64,000 bases of DNA, from NCBI RefSeq assembly GCF_006345805.1, contig NC_043006.1, positions 13,826,001-13,890,000 on the forward strand, in the 5' to 3' direction. The notes below the pieces were generated by a model. The model ran no database searches. It saw only the letters and a program-made list of their open reading frames with translations, and was not told where the DNA came from. The position numbers and the translations under genes are program-made. This stretch comes from Octopus sinensis. Lineage: Eukaryota. The stretch's first letter is position 1. The number at the start of each line of letters is the position of its first letter. Below are positions 37,908-50,502 of the stretch, piece after piece.

Positions 37908-38017
37908 ATACATACACACGTGTGTGTGTGTGTGTGTGTGCAGACACTCCAACTTGTTCTCTCACCTGTTTCTCCTTTTTATGTCACCGTGTGCATTCAT
38001 CCGAATTAAAAATTATA

Positions 38018-38231
38018 TACAAGAGGGGATGCCGAAAAGTTCCTGGCTTTAGAGTTATAGCCCAAAGTCTGGTTGGAGGCCCAACCTTCCGAGTTCTTAG
38101 GGTTGGAAAAGTGAAGGACTTCTTGCTGCAATAATTGTGAATCTGAGAAGGTAATGTGTTGAATAAAGTCGTAACTGAACCTCCTGGAATTCCCTTTATC
38201 CAAAGCCAGGAACCCTTTAGCACCCCTCGTA
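38018..38231. mobile_element. mariner-derived MITE
   Basis: TIRs GAGGGG.TGC.GAAAAGTTCCTGGCTTT / AAAGCCAGGAAC..TT.AGCACCCCTCG with TA flanks. Confidence 0.82.
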
Positions 38232-38327
38232 AGGTAGACGACCCCCAGCACCGCCACCATCAGCTTCCGGACATAGATCAACCTCTGCCACCAAAACTAT
38301 ATAGATGTGTGTGTGTGAGTGTATGTG

Positions 38328-38370
<43 letters not shown>

Positions 38371-39069
38371 CGTGTGTGTGTGTGTATGTGTGTGTGCGTG
38401 TGTGTGCCAGTGTTGTATATGCATTTGGATACGAGATCGATAGATAAAGCGCCAATCCAGTACCGTCATCGATATGGACAGCCATTTAGAATCCCAGCCC
38501 ATTTCTCTCTCCGTTGCGAATGATTCTGTTGCGAATGATTCCTATGCGTTCATACATTGGTAGGTATAGACTTTTAAGCATAAAAGATGATAGAAAAGAA
38601 TTGGCGATGACCCACCGCTATCATCCCCACCATCTCAACCACCACCACTTTATCCAGTTAGTGTACGCGTGTACACAAACACACAGACACATATACATGA
38701 GTCTGAGTGTATATGCGTACATTTCCGTTCATATGCATATGCACAAATGCACAGGTGTATCGATATGTGTAAGTGCGTGTATTTACGGAAACACATATGC
38801 GTCAATGCGTAATTTCTGTGTGAGTGTGTACACATAGCACATACACAAATATATATATACACTTCTAATATAGGTTTAAATTGTTTCCAAAAAAAAATTC
38901 TATTAAAGTGGCCAGCATATTAATATACTTTTAAATGTGAAACTTATAAACAATTATAAACAAGGGCAAAAGAAAAACGATTTCTATGCCAATATGCTGA
39001 GAATAGACTTTAAATCGTCAATCACCACATTACAATATACATTCACTTTGAATACACGTCGTGCCGAAA

Positions 39070-40895
39070 TTGAAGAAGGCAAGCTAACACTATTTTTTTA
39101 AAATTCATTATCTATATTGAATCAATTTCAGGATTAATCCCACGGATTTTTCCATCTTCAGTAGAAAATACGATAAGAAATAAATGAAATACCTACAAGC
39201 ACCCATGGAAAAAAAGCAGAAGCAAGAGTCATGAGCTCACATAAGTACCCCAGTTATAATTAAATATAAAATCCTCTAGCAAGCCTCAGCACACGTGTGG
39301 CTGGTCACGATCCATTACTTTTTTTTTTACCTTGTTTATAATTGTTTATAATTTTCACCACTTTGACAGATATTTTGCTTTTGAAAAAATGTTATCGTAT
39401 ATTAGAAGTAAATTTATTACACTTCACTTCGGGATTGGTAACCACAAAAAAAGCTGTGGTTCGTAACCAGTCACACGTGTGCTGATGCTTCCTAAAGGAT
39501 TTTACATTTACATATAACTAGCGTAGTTATGTGTGCTCATAACTCTTCCTTCTGCTTTTTTTCCATGGATGTGTAACAATATTGTTTTCTTCATTGTTAT
39601 CTTCACCGTTTGAGAGAAATATTAAGAATGATCTCGTTTGAGATTACAAACATCTTTGACTAGTTTAACGTTGTTGTAACCACTAACCTGATTGGTTGAC
39701 ACGTGACGCGATTTCTCTCTACTTATTTCGCGCCACTGGCCAAAGCCAACCAATCACGGCCTTTGGTTAAGGTCCCATTCCTAGGCTCTGTTGAGCCACC
39801 TTACTTGTATATAAGGGAGTGTTTTCAGTATACTTGGTCTTTGGTTCCAGTCCTTATAAGGGCTAACCTCTGACCACAGAGCTACTCAACATGTTCCAGT
39901 CACAGCGACAGACGATCAACCACGACGACGCTAATGTACACCCGCAACAGAAAACCAATTTCTATCTCCGCCGCCGTCGTCACCATCATTGTACCAACAT
40001 CGTCTTCATCTACGAAGATTCAACTTGTACACGACAAGATAAATACAGATTCAACAGTTGCAGTATATATATATCTGAAAGAATATCTATATCAAGAGAA
40101 AAATAACCAAGCAAAACATGATATGAAAACGCTATAGTAAACCAAGCGACAGACATAACGTCATCGCCAATATCGTCTCTATCTACGAAGATTTAACTTG
40201 TACACAAGATAACTACAGATTCAACTCATGCTGTTAGGTGAAAATCTCACCACGGAAAAACAGTTGCAGTATATATATCTGAAAGAATATCTATATCAAG
40301 AGAAAGATAAGCACAACTAGTGATTCAACTAATCTCAGCTCCGAGACACAACATCTTGATATTGAACGCTTACACTTCGTGTACCTCATGAACAGTAGAT
40401 CAATTTCCATCATTAACTCTATGCTCTGTACCTACTATGTCACACGCTTTCACCCTTATTGTACCTGTCACACACACGAACACACAGACACAAACACGTG
40501 TTGCATGCACACACGCACACACGCACTTGCTAGCACTCACAACCTTCTAACCTTAACACCAATTGTAAATAAAATCTTATCTTCTCTCAAACTGTGGGAC
40601 GGCTTTGTCGTCAATTCACCTATGTTCTTTTGTGTTTATGGCTTATAATAATTCGTTAAGAATATGACCACGTGCAATCGTATTCCCTACACAATGCGAC
40701 CACGTGCGTTCGTATTCCCGACACAATGCGACCACGTGCGTTCGTATTTCTTACAGATGCTTGTAGGCTTTTCATTTATTTCTTATCGTATTCTCTACTG
40801 AAGAGGAAAAAATCATTGGGATTAATCCCGAAATTGATTCAATATAGAGATAACGAATTATTAATTGTTTTAGCTTGCCTTTCTCGATTTTGCCT
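39070..40895. mobile_element. Inverted PLE-type terminal repeats with HHRs at 39111-39165 (-) and 40792-40850 (+), one arm split by a solo LTR
   Basis: 39070-39310 is the reverse complement of 39460-39571 plus 40756-40890. Motif TCTCTA-CTGAAGA-[insert]-GGGAT/ATCCC-GAAA-TTGATTCAA-TA-TAGAGA. Confidence 0.8.
39572..40755 (+). mobile_element. Solo LTR (Ty3/Gypsy-like), 1184 bp
   Basis: TGTAA...TTACA termini and a 4-bp TSD GATG at 39568-39571 and 40756-40759. CCAAT boxes, TATATAA (~39808), AATAAA (~40568) and internal direct repeats are present. Confidence 0.85.
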
Positions 40896-40896
40896 T

Positions 40897-40950
<54 letters not shown>

Positions 40951-40981
40951 TATATATATATGTATATATATATACATATCA

Positions 40982-41280
40982 TGTCACATGACCGACATAC
41001 CATCAGATGTTGTTACACATTGCTGGTCACAATGCGCTTCGCATTGTTTTAGCCTTCGAATGACGCCACCCCGCTGGCTAAGCGAGCAGGCCAACAGTAG
41101 AAAGAGTGGTGAAAGAGTGGTGAAAGAGTACAGCAGGGATCACCACACCCTGTCGGAGCCTCGTGGAGCTTTTAGGTATTTTCGCTCAATAAACACTCAC
41201 AACAACCGGTCTGGGAATCGAAACCGCGATCCTACGACCGCGAGTCCGCTGCCCTAACCACTGGGCCATTGCGCCTCCAC
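40982..41280 (-). mobile_element. SINE family B
   Basis: Full-length reverse complement. Confidence 0.88.
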
Positions 41281-41331
41281 ATAAACACACACACACACAC
41301 AGACACACACAGACACACACACACACACACA

Positions 41332-41378
<47 letters not shown>

Positions 41379-43229
41379 AATTTCAGAGAGTATAGATGAA
41401 TAGATAGATAATCACATATATATAACATAAGGGGGATCAGCCATCTGAATGTGGCTAGGGTCAGGGCAGGGTGGTGGGGGTGTTACTGATGCATTTAGCC
41501 CCAGGCGAACATTAACGTCACCAGAAGAGCTGACACCATCTCGGTGTCCTTGCCCGCTTGCAAAGGGAGATCAGTATGTATGTATGTATGTATGTATGAA
41601 TGTGTGTGTGTGTGTATGTGTATTAATATACTTGTATATATGAATATGATTTGTAACAATCTATATACATAGACCTGTATATATCCATCTCAATTTCTAC
41701 GTGTGAATGATCTTGTATATATGTCGTAAGTGTCACGACCAAAGTGAAATCCGCGCTGTGATTCTAGATAGATTTCTATTTACAGCGTGTTTGATGATCC
41801 TGTCAAGAATGAGTCGAGCAAGAATCTTACCAGTCATAGACAGAAGCGATATTCCACGATAATTATCACAGACACTACTGTTTCCTTTGTTCTTTTTGAA
41901 GATGTTGAATTCAGACATCCTTGAATTCCTGTGGTACACGGCTTACCGTCCAAATATTTATGAAGAGGTCATACAGTTTCTTAAAAAGCTTCTGTCCACC
42001 ATGTTTGTAGATTTCAGGAGGGATAGCTTTCCTGCCAGGTGCCCTACCAGAAGATATCTGTTTAATGGAGTTTACCATTTCCAGGAAGGATGGCTCCTAA
42101 GACAGTTCCGGTATTTCAGTGTGCTGTGGAACAGACATTATAACGTCATCATTAGTGACTGACGTGGAGTTCAACACAGCTTCAAAGTGATCTTTCCATT
42201 GTTTCAGGATTTCAGATTTGTCAGTCAGCAGCGCGTCTCTAATCGATGAAAAAATAGGAGTAACACCATGCTCTTGAGGACAATACTTTCTAGAGGCCAT
42301 CATGAAAGGCTTTAGAATCCTCTCTGTCTGCAGCTTTTTGGTGTTCAATAGTCTTGAAAGACCACCAAGCTTCCTTCAACTGTCTCAAAGTACATTGGAT
42401 CTGGCCTCTGTATTTCTTGTAGGCATTCTCTTTTCTGGATGAGCTTTTATCCTTTATCCAAGTTCTGTGAGAGCTGTGCATTTTATCTATCAACTGTTGG
42501 ACATCTGTTGTTATCGCTGAACCAATCTTGATGCTTACGAACAGGAAGTCCAAGAACCTCTACAGACGCAGAGTGCGTTGCATCACGCAGACAGAGCCTT
42601 CCAAGATGATTCTTTGTCATCATTGATATCAACAGTGTTGCATGCAGTATCCAACTTGATAGAGAGCTCAGCCTGCTTTTCAATTTTTCAAAGGCAGAAC
42701 ATTAATGCTCTGAGGCACAGATGACTTTTGTTGTCTTGTGTGTTTCAGATGGAATGCAGCCTTACTGCGGAGAAGAGAATGGTCAGAGAGATGCCGGGGT
42801 TTTCCGAAAATCCGCCCAGAGCTGTTAAACGGAAAATTCTATTTTATAAAACTATTTTTCGGCTTAAATAACCGCCCACCTATATTAAACGCTCATGGAA
42901 GTAAAACATTTCACTTAGGAAAACCAAAGATATTCTCAAAAACCATATTCATTTCATACAATTCCATTTGAACTTCTACCGTTTCAGTTATCAGATATAT
43001 AAACATAAAGAAACTGAAACAGTATTAAAAGAAGTAGAATATTAAAAAGTATTCTGAAGTTAACAATGGATCTATTAGGAAATATTGAAAGTTAAACTGT
43101 TGAAAACATGGATAGAAGCCTCGAATGAACAAATAATGTCCTTGGGCATTTATGGTAGAATAATAACCGAATATTTCGTTTTTGGATTTGGTTTGCAAGA
43201 TTCTTTATGTGAGTTCGTGTGTTGAAGCA

Positions 43230-43410
43230 CATTCTGTTGTACCTGCGGGGAATAATTTCCTTTTTGTGCCTTATAATTTAACACACTCACCGGTAAAATT
43301 TCCACTTAAAAATAAAAATAAAAATAAAAATAAGTGGAAATTTTACCGGTGAATGTGTTAAATTATAAGGCACAAAAAGAAAATTACTCTCCCCAGACAC
43401 ATCAGAATAA
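43230..43410. repeat. Foldback palindrome inside the pogo element
   Basis: CTTTTTGTGCCTTATAATTTAACACA.TCACCGGTAAAATTTCCACTTA is mirrored around an (AAAAAT)n spacer. Confidence 0.85.
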
Positions 43411-44910
43411 CCGAATTGTTTCAAGTTAAATATCACGAATTTCTTCATTTGTTGCTTGGCCCTAATTCACATCAGAGCTAATTTCACTTGTATCTCATCT
43501 TCTTCAATTTTGTCATTATGTGCATCTGGCGCATTTACCTCAAGGCCAGACAAAACATCCTGTAAGCGTGAGTCTAAGAGGCTATGTTCTACAGTCTGTC
43601 CACGATGAGCAATTCCACAACATTCAAAAGAACGCTTTATAGTTTCTTTATTTAAAGTGGCAACAGCTTGGGTCACAAAATTCACTACCTCTTGATAAGA
43701 AGGGGTTTTTTTACGTTATCCTTTATTTGTATACTCCTTTTTGCCATTTGAAAACCAATTCTCCCATTCAGCACGAAGGGCTTTCTTGAAAGGACCAATA
43801 ATTGAATCATCTAACGGCTGTAAGTAAGATGTTGTTTTAGGAGGCATAAGTTTGAGAATTGTATTCCTACGTTTGAACACCTCTAGGAGCTCTGTTTTTT
43901 TTTTGTGCACTGAGCAGTCATCCACGAATAGCACTGAATTTTGATCATGGAATAGTTGTGTTGTTCTCTGCCCAAAGACTTTGTCAGCCTACAGCTGCAT
44001 GAGTCCACATGTGATTGAGTCCCTGTTGGAGACAGTTAAGTAAATATTCTTCGGGACCTTGATGTTAGGTACGTTTTTCAATCCTTTAAAGATGATCATT
44101 ATTTTCAATACCTTTCCTGTAGCGTTAACACACAACACAGCAGTAAAACGAGCTTTGGTAGCACCGCAGTGGCTAGCATCCGCATTTTTGTTGCCAACAA
44201 AGTCTATGGTTGTTGAACTCAACATGTCAACGTATACAGGTATTTCATCCATATTATAAATCTGGCCAGCATCTTTATCTGCCTGTTAATACTAAAATGC
44301 TATCTAGATGGTCACTGGCGATTTGTGCCTTTTCCCCAAGTGTTTTATTGTCTGCTTGACCAACATGTGTAATATTTCTTACAGTCAATTTATTCCGTTT
44401 CACGAAATTGAAAATCCATTTATCAGAACATCTAAAGCTGTTCATTTCAATTCCAAGCCTTTTTACCAATTCAAAAGAATATTCCCGTAAACGGTGATAA
44501 TTTACAATGATATTATTTACACACTGAGCAACAATCCACTGTAAGAGTTCAATCTCTAGATCTCTATGTGCCGGTCCTCTACCTCCAATTGATTTGCACC
44601 TCCTCTTATCTGACATATTGATTAACTCAGTTTCTTTTGCGCACCATTCTCAATCATTTTCTATCAATACCTAAACCCCTTGACGCAGCAGGTAAATTGC
44701 CAGAATGTTCCTTCACTCGTTTAATATCACTCAATTATTCACAAATGGTATATGACCGTGGAACATATTTTGATATATTTTCTTTCGACTCCATTATTGG
44801 GAATAAAATTCCTTTGAATTTATCTAAAGACGTATTTATCCGCCAAAACTTACTGTACGATAACGTTGTGAAGCTTGCAATGAGGTAATTAAGTAAGGAA
44901 CATTAACAGC

Positions 44911-45103
44911 AGTGGAGACGCAATGACCCAATGGTTAGGGCAGCGGACTCGCGGTCGGAGGATCGCGGTTTCGATTCCTAGACCGGGCGTTGTGTGTGTT
45001 TATTGAGCGAAAACACCTAAAAGCTACACGAGGCTCCGGCAGGGGGGGGGGGTGACGACCCCTGTTGTTCTCTTTCGCTCCAACTTTCTCTCACTCTTTC
45101 TTC
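44911..45103 (+). mobile_element. SINE family B, 3'-truncated, inside the pogo element
   Basis: tRNA head and body are present. Confidence 0.85.
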
Positions 45104-45878
45104 AGTAAGAACTTGTATAACAAATTGAGATATTCAAGGTAAATCAGATCTCGTAGCAATGACGACAAATATAACCGGAACAAACAAGTGGCATGGTGCA
45201 GCCGACGATTTATCAGATAGCGGTAATCACAAGCCTTATTCCTCCGACGGAACAGAGAAAATGAACGTCTAAACAGAAGGCGACGGAATAAGTCTTATGC
45301 AGAACAGAGAAAATGAACGTCTAAACAGAAGGCAAGCAAGAACACTAACTCTGTTTCCACTTTTAACCACAAATAACCGCCCATCCAAATAAACGCCCAT
45401 GGGCGATCTAATGGATGGGCGGATTTTCGGAAAACCCCGGTAGCAGGAGTTATGAAAGAAACGTGTAAGTCCCTAATATTTCGTTTCTTAGTGATAACAT
45501 AGTCTGTCTGATGACAATCCTTAGATCTAGGATGCGTCCTGGTCATCTTGCAACAATTTCGCTGTTGAAAAAAAGGTATTTCTGATGGCTTGGGCTGAAT
45601 CCCTGCAGATGGAGAGTACACGTAGACCGCTGGAGTTCATTCAACCTAACACATGGCGACCAAGTAACCCTCGCATGCTTGATATTCAGTAGCAACACGA
45701 GCGTTGATGTCGCCCATAAGGATAAGTTTATCCCTATGGTGACAACTGAAGATGACATCACTGAGTTGGTTGTAAAATCCATCCTTTCAAGCTCGGTGCT
45801 GTCCATGGTTGGGGCATAGCAACTGACAAGCGTAGCACGAGTGTTGCGATCAAGTTGTGATCAAGTGATATGCATATG

Positions 45879-45944
<66 letters not shown>

Positions 45945-45945
<1 letters not shown>

Positions 45946-47840
45946 TTTACATTGGTTGTACTGTAAATTTTAAGGAAAGAGTTAGAAACTATATCTCATC
46001 TTTTAACTTACGTCATAAAGCTGGTACCACCACGCTTTCAAATAAGATCTGGGAACTCAAAAATAATAATAGTAATTATAACCTTAATTGGGAAATAGTT
46101 AGAAGAGCAATGCCGTATAAAAATAATAGGGTTGGTTGCCAACTCTGCTCCATGGAGACGTATGAAATTCTAATGCATAGAAAAAATAAGAGTTTGTTAA
46201 ATAACCATATAGAATTAGGTCAATTTTGTGTTCACGCAAAATTGAAGACTCTAAAATATTTTAAATGAATAACCGTATAGAATAATCGTAAGGAGATAGA
46301 TAGATAGATAGATAGATCTAGCTTGTTTTTTACTAGTAAAGCATAACTTTAATAAATTTTTAAATAGATATCTGCGAACTGTTACATTATGGTTATCTCT
46401 TTCTTTATAACTGTACCTGATTTTGAACACATAGAAACAAATAGTACTTGTAAGTTGCTTAAATGAAGTTTTAATTGACTTTATAGTTAATTTTAAATTT
46501 TAATTTTCAATTTAATCTAATTTTTAATCTAATTTAGGTAACACTACTTAAATAAAATAAGTTAATAATACTTCATAATTCTATTACAAAATTTAATAAG
46601 TAATGCTACTCCCTTGAAAGTAGTATAAGAAATTTCAATATAATAAGCAATTCCCTCACACCTTGTAAACTGACTCCTAAGTATAAACCTATAGACTGTC
46701 AATGTATAGATAGTAACAGCAACAATATAATACAGTAACAGTAATAAATAAATTAAATTAAATGACCTCTTTCTAGTATTGAACTTATTTTCTCTTAATG
46801 TATTTCCCTTTAATGATAGCCTTTGACCCTTCAATCCCTTACCCTATCCTCTCTTTAGATTCTCATATCTGCTTTAACTACGGTAGGTTGGCAATTAATA
46901 GCTGTTTACTGGTCAAAATTAATATTCTCCTTATAGTTCTTAGATTCCTGCAAATTCTTAGCTAGCCTGACCGTCTCCATATTTAAGAGACTTTTTTCTG
47001 TGTAGAGGGTTACCTGCGACCCTTTCCCATCTCAGTTGTCACAGCGTTTTTTCTTTTTCTTTTCTTTTTTCTTTCTTCTTTCTTCTTTTTTTCTTTTTTT
47101 CTTATTTTCTTTTTTTCTTCTTCCCTTTTTTCTTTTTTCTTTTTTCTTTTTTCTTTTTTCTTTTTCTTCTTTTTCTTTTCTTTCTTTTTTTTTCTTCTTC
47201 TTCTTTTTTCCTTTCTTTTCTTTGCTCCACAAAATTCCTTCAGCCTTTAGAAGTCATAACATAGCAGTTTTTGTGAAGAGAACAGTAATGTGGCAAATAT
47301 CTTATAAATATAGCATGAAATTATAACCCACCTCATTGTTGATTAACCATGGATATTCATCGTCTGTGAGTATGAAATACCTCCTCATATCTCTGGAAAT
47401 TTACACCTACACTATGGATGGATTAAACTCTCTGTGAAACTAATAAGCTTTTTTAAAACCTGGTGAAAGACTGTGCATCATCATTAAAGAACTTTGGAAG
47501 TCTGTTTACAACCTGAATCTGCTTTTAATGAAATTATCTCCAATACTTCATGAGGGTAGCCTCACCCACTAAGATGTTTGGAGAACTCATAGTATTTAGC
47601 TGATGAGTACGGGACACTTTTATCTGCTGCAATATTTGCAACTTTTAATAAAGCCTGTCTTTGTATGAAACAATTGTACTAAAAACTAATCCATTCTTGT
47701 TGCTTCTTTTCTCGTTTATAATCACTCCACACTACTGTATTGGTTAACAACCATATAGTTTTCTGGTGCATCTAAGTTAAGCACCATATTCAAGTGAATT
47801 CATTAGAATGACTTGAATCTTAATTGCTTTTATTGCATAT
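45945..47840 (+). mobile_element. Penelope-like element 3' end: GIY-YIG endonuclease (to 46268), long 3'UTR and HHR, inserted in (TA)n
   Basis: FYIGCTVNFKERVRNYISSF...TTLSNKIWELK...WEIVRRAMPY...CQLCSME...LLNNHIE...CVH, with an HHR at 47595-47683. Confidence 0.87.
47595..47683 (+). ncRNA. Type I hammerhead ribozyme with canonical core and extended stem II
   Basis: TTTAG-CTGATGA-GTACGGGACA...TGTCTTTGTAT-GAAA-CAATTG-TA-CTAAA. Confidence 0.88.
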
Positions 47841-47919
47841 TATATATATATATATATATATATATAGATATATATATATATATATAATATATATATATAC
47901 TATATATATATATATATAT

Positions 47920-48157
47920 TACTCTTTTACTCTTTTACTCTTTTACTTGTTTCAGTCATTTGACTGCGGCCATGCTGGAGCACCGCCTTTAGGGTGAAAG
48001 AGTACAGCAGGGTTCGCCACCATCCCCTGACGGAGCCTTGTGGAGCTTTTAGGTATTTTCGCTCAATAAACACTCACAATGCCCGGTCTGGGAATCGAAC
48101 CCGCAATCCAATGACCGCAAGTTCGCTGCCCTAACCACTGGGCCATTGCACCTCCAT
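47920..48157 (-). mobile_element. Chimeric SINE: family B head with family A tail
   Basis: The B head and body (47993-48157) are joined directly to the A tail (47920-47992). Confidence 0.75.
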
Positions 48158-48162
48158 ATATA

Positions 48163-48463
48163 TACTCTTTTTACTCTTTTACTCTTTTACTTGTTTCAGT
48201 CATTTGACTGCGGCCATGCTGGAGCACCGCCTTTAATCGAGCAACTCGACCCCGGGACTTATTCTTTTGTAATCCCAGTACTTATTCTATCGGTCTCTTT
48301 TGCCGAACCGCTAAGTAACGGGGACATAAACACACCAGCATCGGTTGTCAAGCAACGCTTGGGGGACAAACACAGACACACAAACACACACACGCATATA
48401 TATATATACACATATACGACGGGCTTCTTTCAGTTTCCATCTACCAAATCCACTCACAAGGCT
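48163..48463 (-). mobile_element. SINE family A, 5'-truncated
   Basis: Reverse complement of the body and tail. Confidence 0.87.
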
Positions 48464-48466
48464 TAT

Positions 48467-48535
<69 letters not shown>

Positions 48536-48741
48536 ATGAGATGCAGCACGGAATTTTGTCAGGAAAGAGGTTGCAGTCTCAAAGCGACGAAAATATTTTG
48601 GCAGATTAATTTTAAATGTGAAGTGTAATCTAACGGTTTTTTGTGCGTTTCTTAAATGGCTTTTTAAACACCTTCCACGCTGCAATTGTTTTCGTTCCAG
48701 CACACGATCTCAGATCAGGTCACTCGCTATGCAAGTACTCT

Positions 48742-48785
<44 letters not shown>

Positions 48786-48829
48786 GTGTGTGTGTGTGTG
48801 TGTATGTGTGTGTGTGTGTGTGGTGTGGG

Positions 48830-48860
<31 letters not shown>

Positions 48861-48867
48861 GGGAGGG

Positions 48868-49070
48868 GGGTTGACCGCGTGTGTATCGTTGGCGATTTTC
48901 TTTCTCCTTCATCTTGGCCCTTTCCTTTTTCTATGTTTCTGATGAAGAGCTCTGCTCGAAACATTAAATCCTCCTTCTTTCTTTCTTTTCCCGAGCGTCC
49001 AATAACACTATACTTGTTCCATGTCCTCGCGTTGTTGTGTTTTCTCTTTGTTCATGTTTGGATTAACTAT
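48868..49070 (+). mobile_element. HHR mini-element (HHR 48935-48969)
   Basis: GTTT-CTGATGA-A-GAGC(TCT)GCTC-GAAAC-ATT-AAAT. Same family as 35534. Confidence 0.78.
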
Positions 49071-49470
49071 GTATATATATATATATATATATAGCTATGG
49101 TATCATATTTCGATGATAAGTGAAAGTGAGTTCCCGTTGACAGGCCACTAGTGGTTTGGATCTTAGCTTATCAGGTTAAGGCTTATACATGAACCGGTTG
49201 GAGATAAGACGTTCTGTTAGTGTAATGGTCAATGCGGCAATATGATTTGCAGACCAAGTGAGATCTGTTTCTTTAGCCAGTATTACAAATATCTTCCGTT
49301 TTATACATACATGCATACACACACAAACGTGTGTGCGAGAGTGTAGATACATAGGCTTGTGAGTCTGTATACATACATGTATAAGTGCGTGTATTCACGG
49401 AATCATGTAGGAGTCAATGCGTAAGTTATTGTATGTAGACAGATAGATAGATAGATAGATAGGTAGATAA

Positions 49471-49502
<32 letters not shown>

Positions 49503-49529
49503 ATAATAGATAGATAGATAGATAGATAG

Positions 49530-50402
49530 GATTGTATTCTTATTAGCCACACAGGGCTGCACACAGATAGAAACAAAATTACAAGGTAGAGCTTTTCTTT
49601 TGAAGGTATTAAAAAAAAAAAAAAAACAAAAAAAGGAAGGGGGAGGTTCGATCAAAAGGATCGTAAAAAGGAGAGAAAAAGAGGACAACAAATAAGGGGG
49701 TTTAAAAAAAAAAAAAAAAAAAAGGGGGGAGAGGAAAAAAAAAAATGATCAATAGGGATCGTTATCACAGAAATGTCAATATGAAGTGTAAAGGGGAGGA
49801 CAGGTGAGGTTTACCGTGGAAAGAAAAGCCTGCGGAAAAGACCACGGTAACCTCGTGTCAATGAAGTCACATTTTATATTTCTTTTTTTTTTTTTTTTTT
49901 TTTGCAAATAAGCAACTCTCTCTGTTTTCGATTCTGGGGTTCATAGGACTATGCTCAAGGTGGCTTCGTCATCTCATACGTGCCATTCTTGCTACATTCA
50001 CCCATCTTTTTTTAAAACATCGCTAGACAAAACTTGCCTCTACTCTCATTTCCTTTTCAAAGTGGGTACTTGAAGAAGTGATGAGAGATGGACCAGAGAG
50101 GAAGTGTTTGTCTCCAATCCTTCAGACGCGTCCCCCAGATACATTCCTCCTCGCCATAGCCACGAGGATGATGAAAAATAGCTCTTCCTTCCCGTTGAAG
50201 GAAGGAGGTCGTGACAATATTGACGATAGACTCAGCTGATAAACCGACTCGTCCCACACGTGACAGCAGTTGTTCGACATAAGCCCCACAGGTCGGAATT
50301 GTTGGACACTGAACGAGTGCGTGCAGAACGGTTTCGTCGCCTCTGACCGCTTCGGGCACAGTCGGCCCCGTGTTTCTCGAGCCTTGTCTGTAGAGCTTAT
50401 CC
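49530..50402 (-). mobile_element. L1/Tx1-clade LINE 3' end (CCHC zinc knuckle and 3'UTR), ending at (TATC)n
   Basis: DKLYRQG...DETVLHALVQCPTI...YVEQLL with frameshifts. The element is truncated by the assembly gap. Confidence 0.8.
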
Positions 50403-50502
50403 NNNNNNNNNNNNNNNNNNNNNNNNNNNNNNNNNNNNNNNNNNNNNNNNNNNNNNNNNNNNNNNNNNNNNNNNNNNNNNNNNNNNNNNNNNNNNNNNNN
50501 NN
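50403..50502. other. Assembly gap (100 N)
   Basis: Run of N. Confidence 0.99.

Larger units (their letters stand above)
42794..45440 (-). mobile_element. pogo/Tigger-family DNA transposon, near full length, pseudogenised transposase
   Basis: TIRs CCGGGGTTTTCCGAAAATCCGCCC / GGGCGGATTTTCGGAAAACCCCGG-TA. CENP-B-like HTH (FRCSDKWIFNFVKRN), NMDEIP, FVDDCSVH and LQPLD motifs. Confidence 0.92.
41730..45860 (-). mobile_element. RTE-clade LINE (APE endonuclease to RT start), degenerate and split by a pogo element
   Basis: TLVSCYAPTM, RTHPRSKDCHQTDYVIT, RKHQDWF, LLTDKSEILKQWKDHFEAVLN, KNKGNSSVCDNYRGISLLS.TGKILAR. Confidence 0.88.

Noticed and set aside
40665-40755. CRISPR-like short direct repeats
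   Set aside because: These are tandem units without spacers inside an LTR, in a eukaryotic context with no cas genes.
46268-47590. SECIS element in the Naiad-like PLE UTR
   Set aside because: I found no convincing AUGA-helix-AA-helix-GA arrangement by eye, and there is no in-frame UGA in the EN fragment.
48538-48745. (TA)n-flanked insert with GAAAACAATTG
   Set aside because: The core and stems do not form a hammerhead. I left it unclassified.
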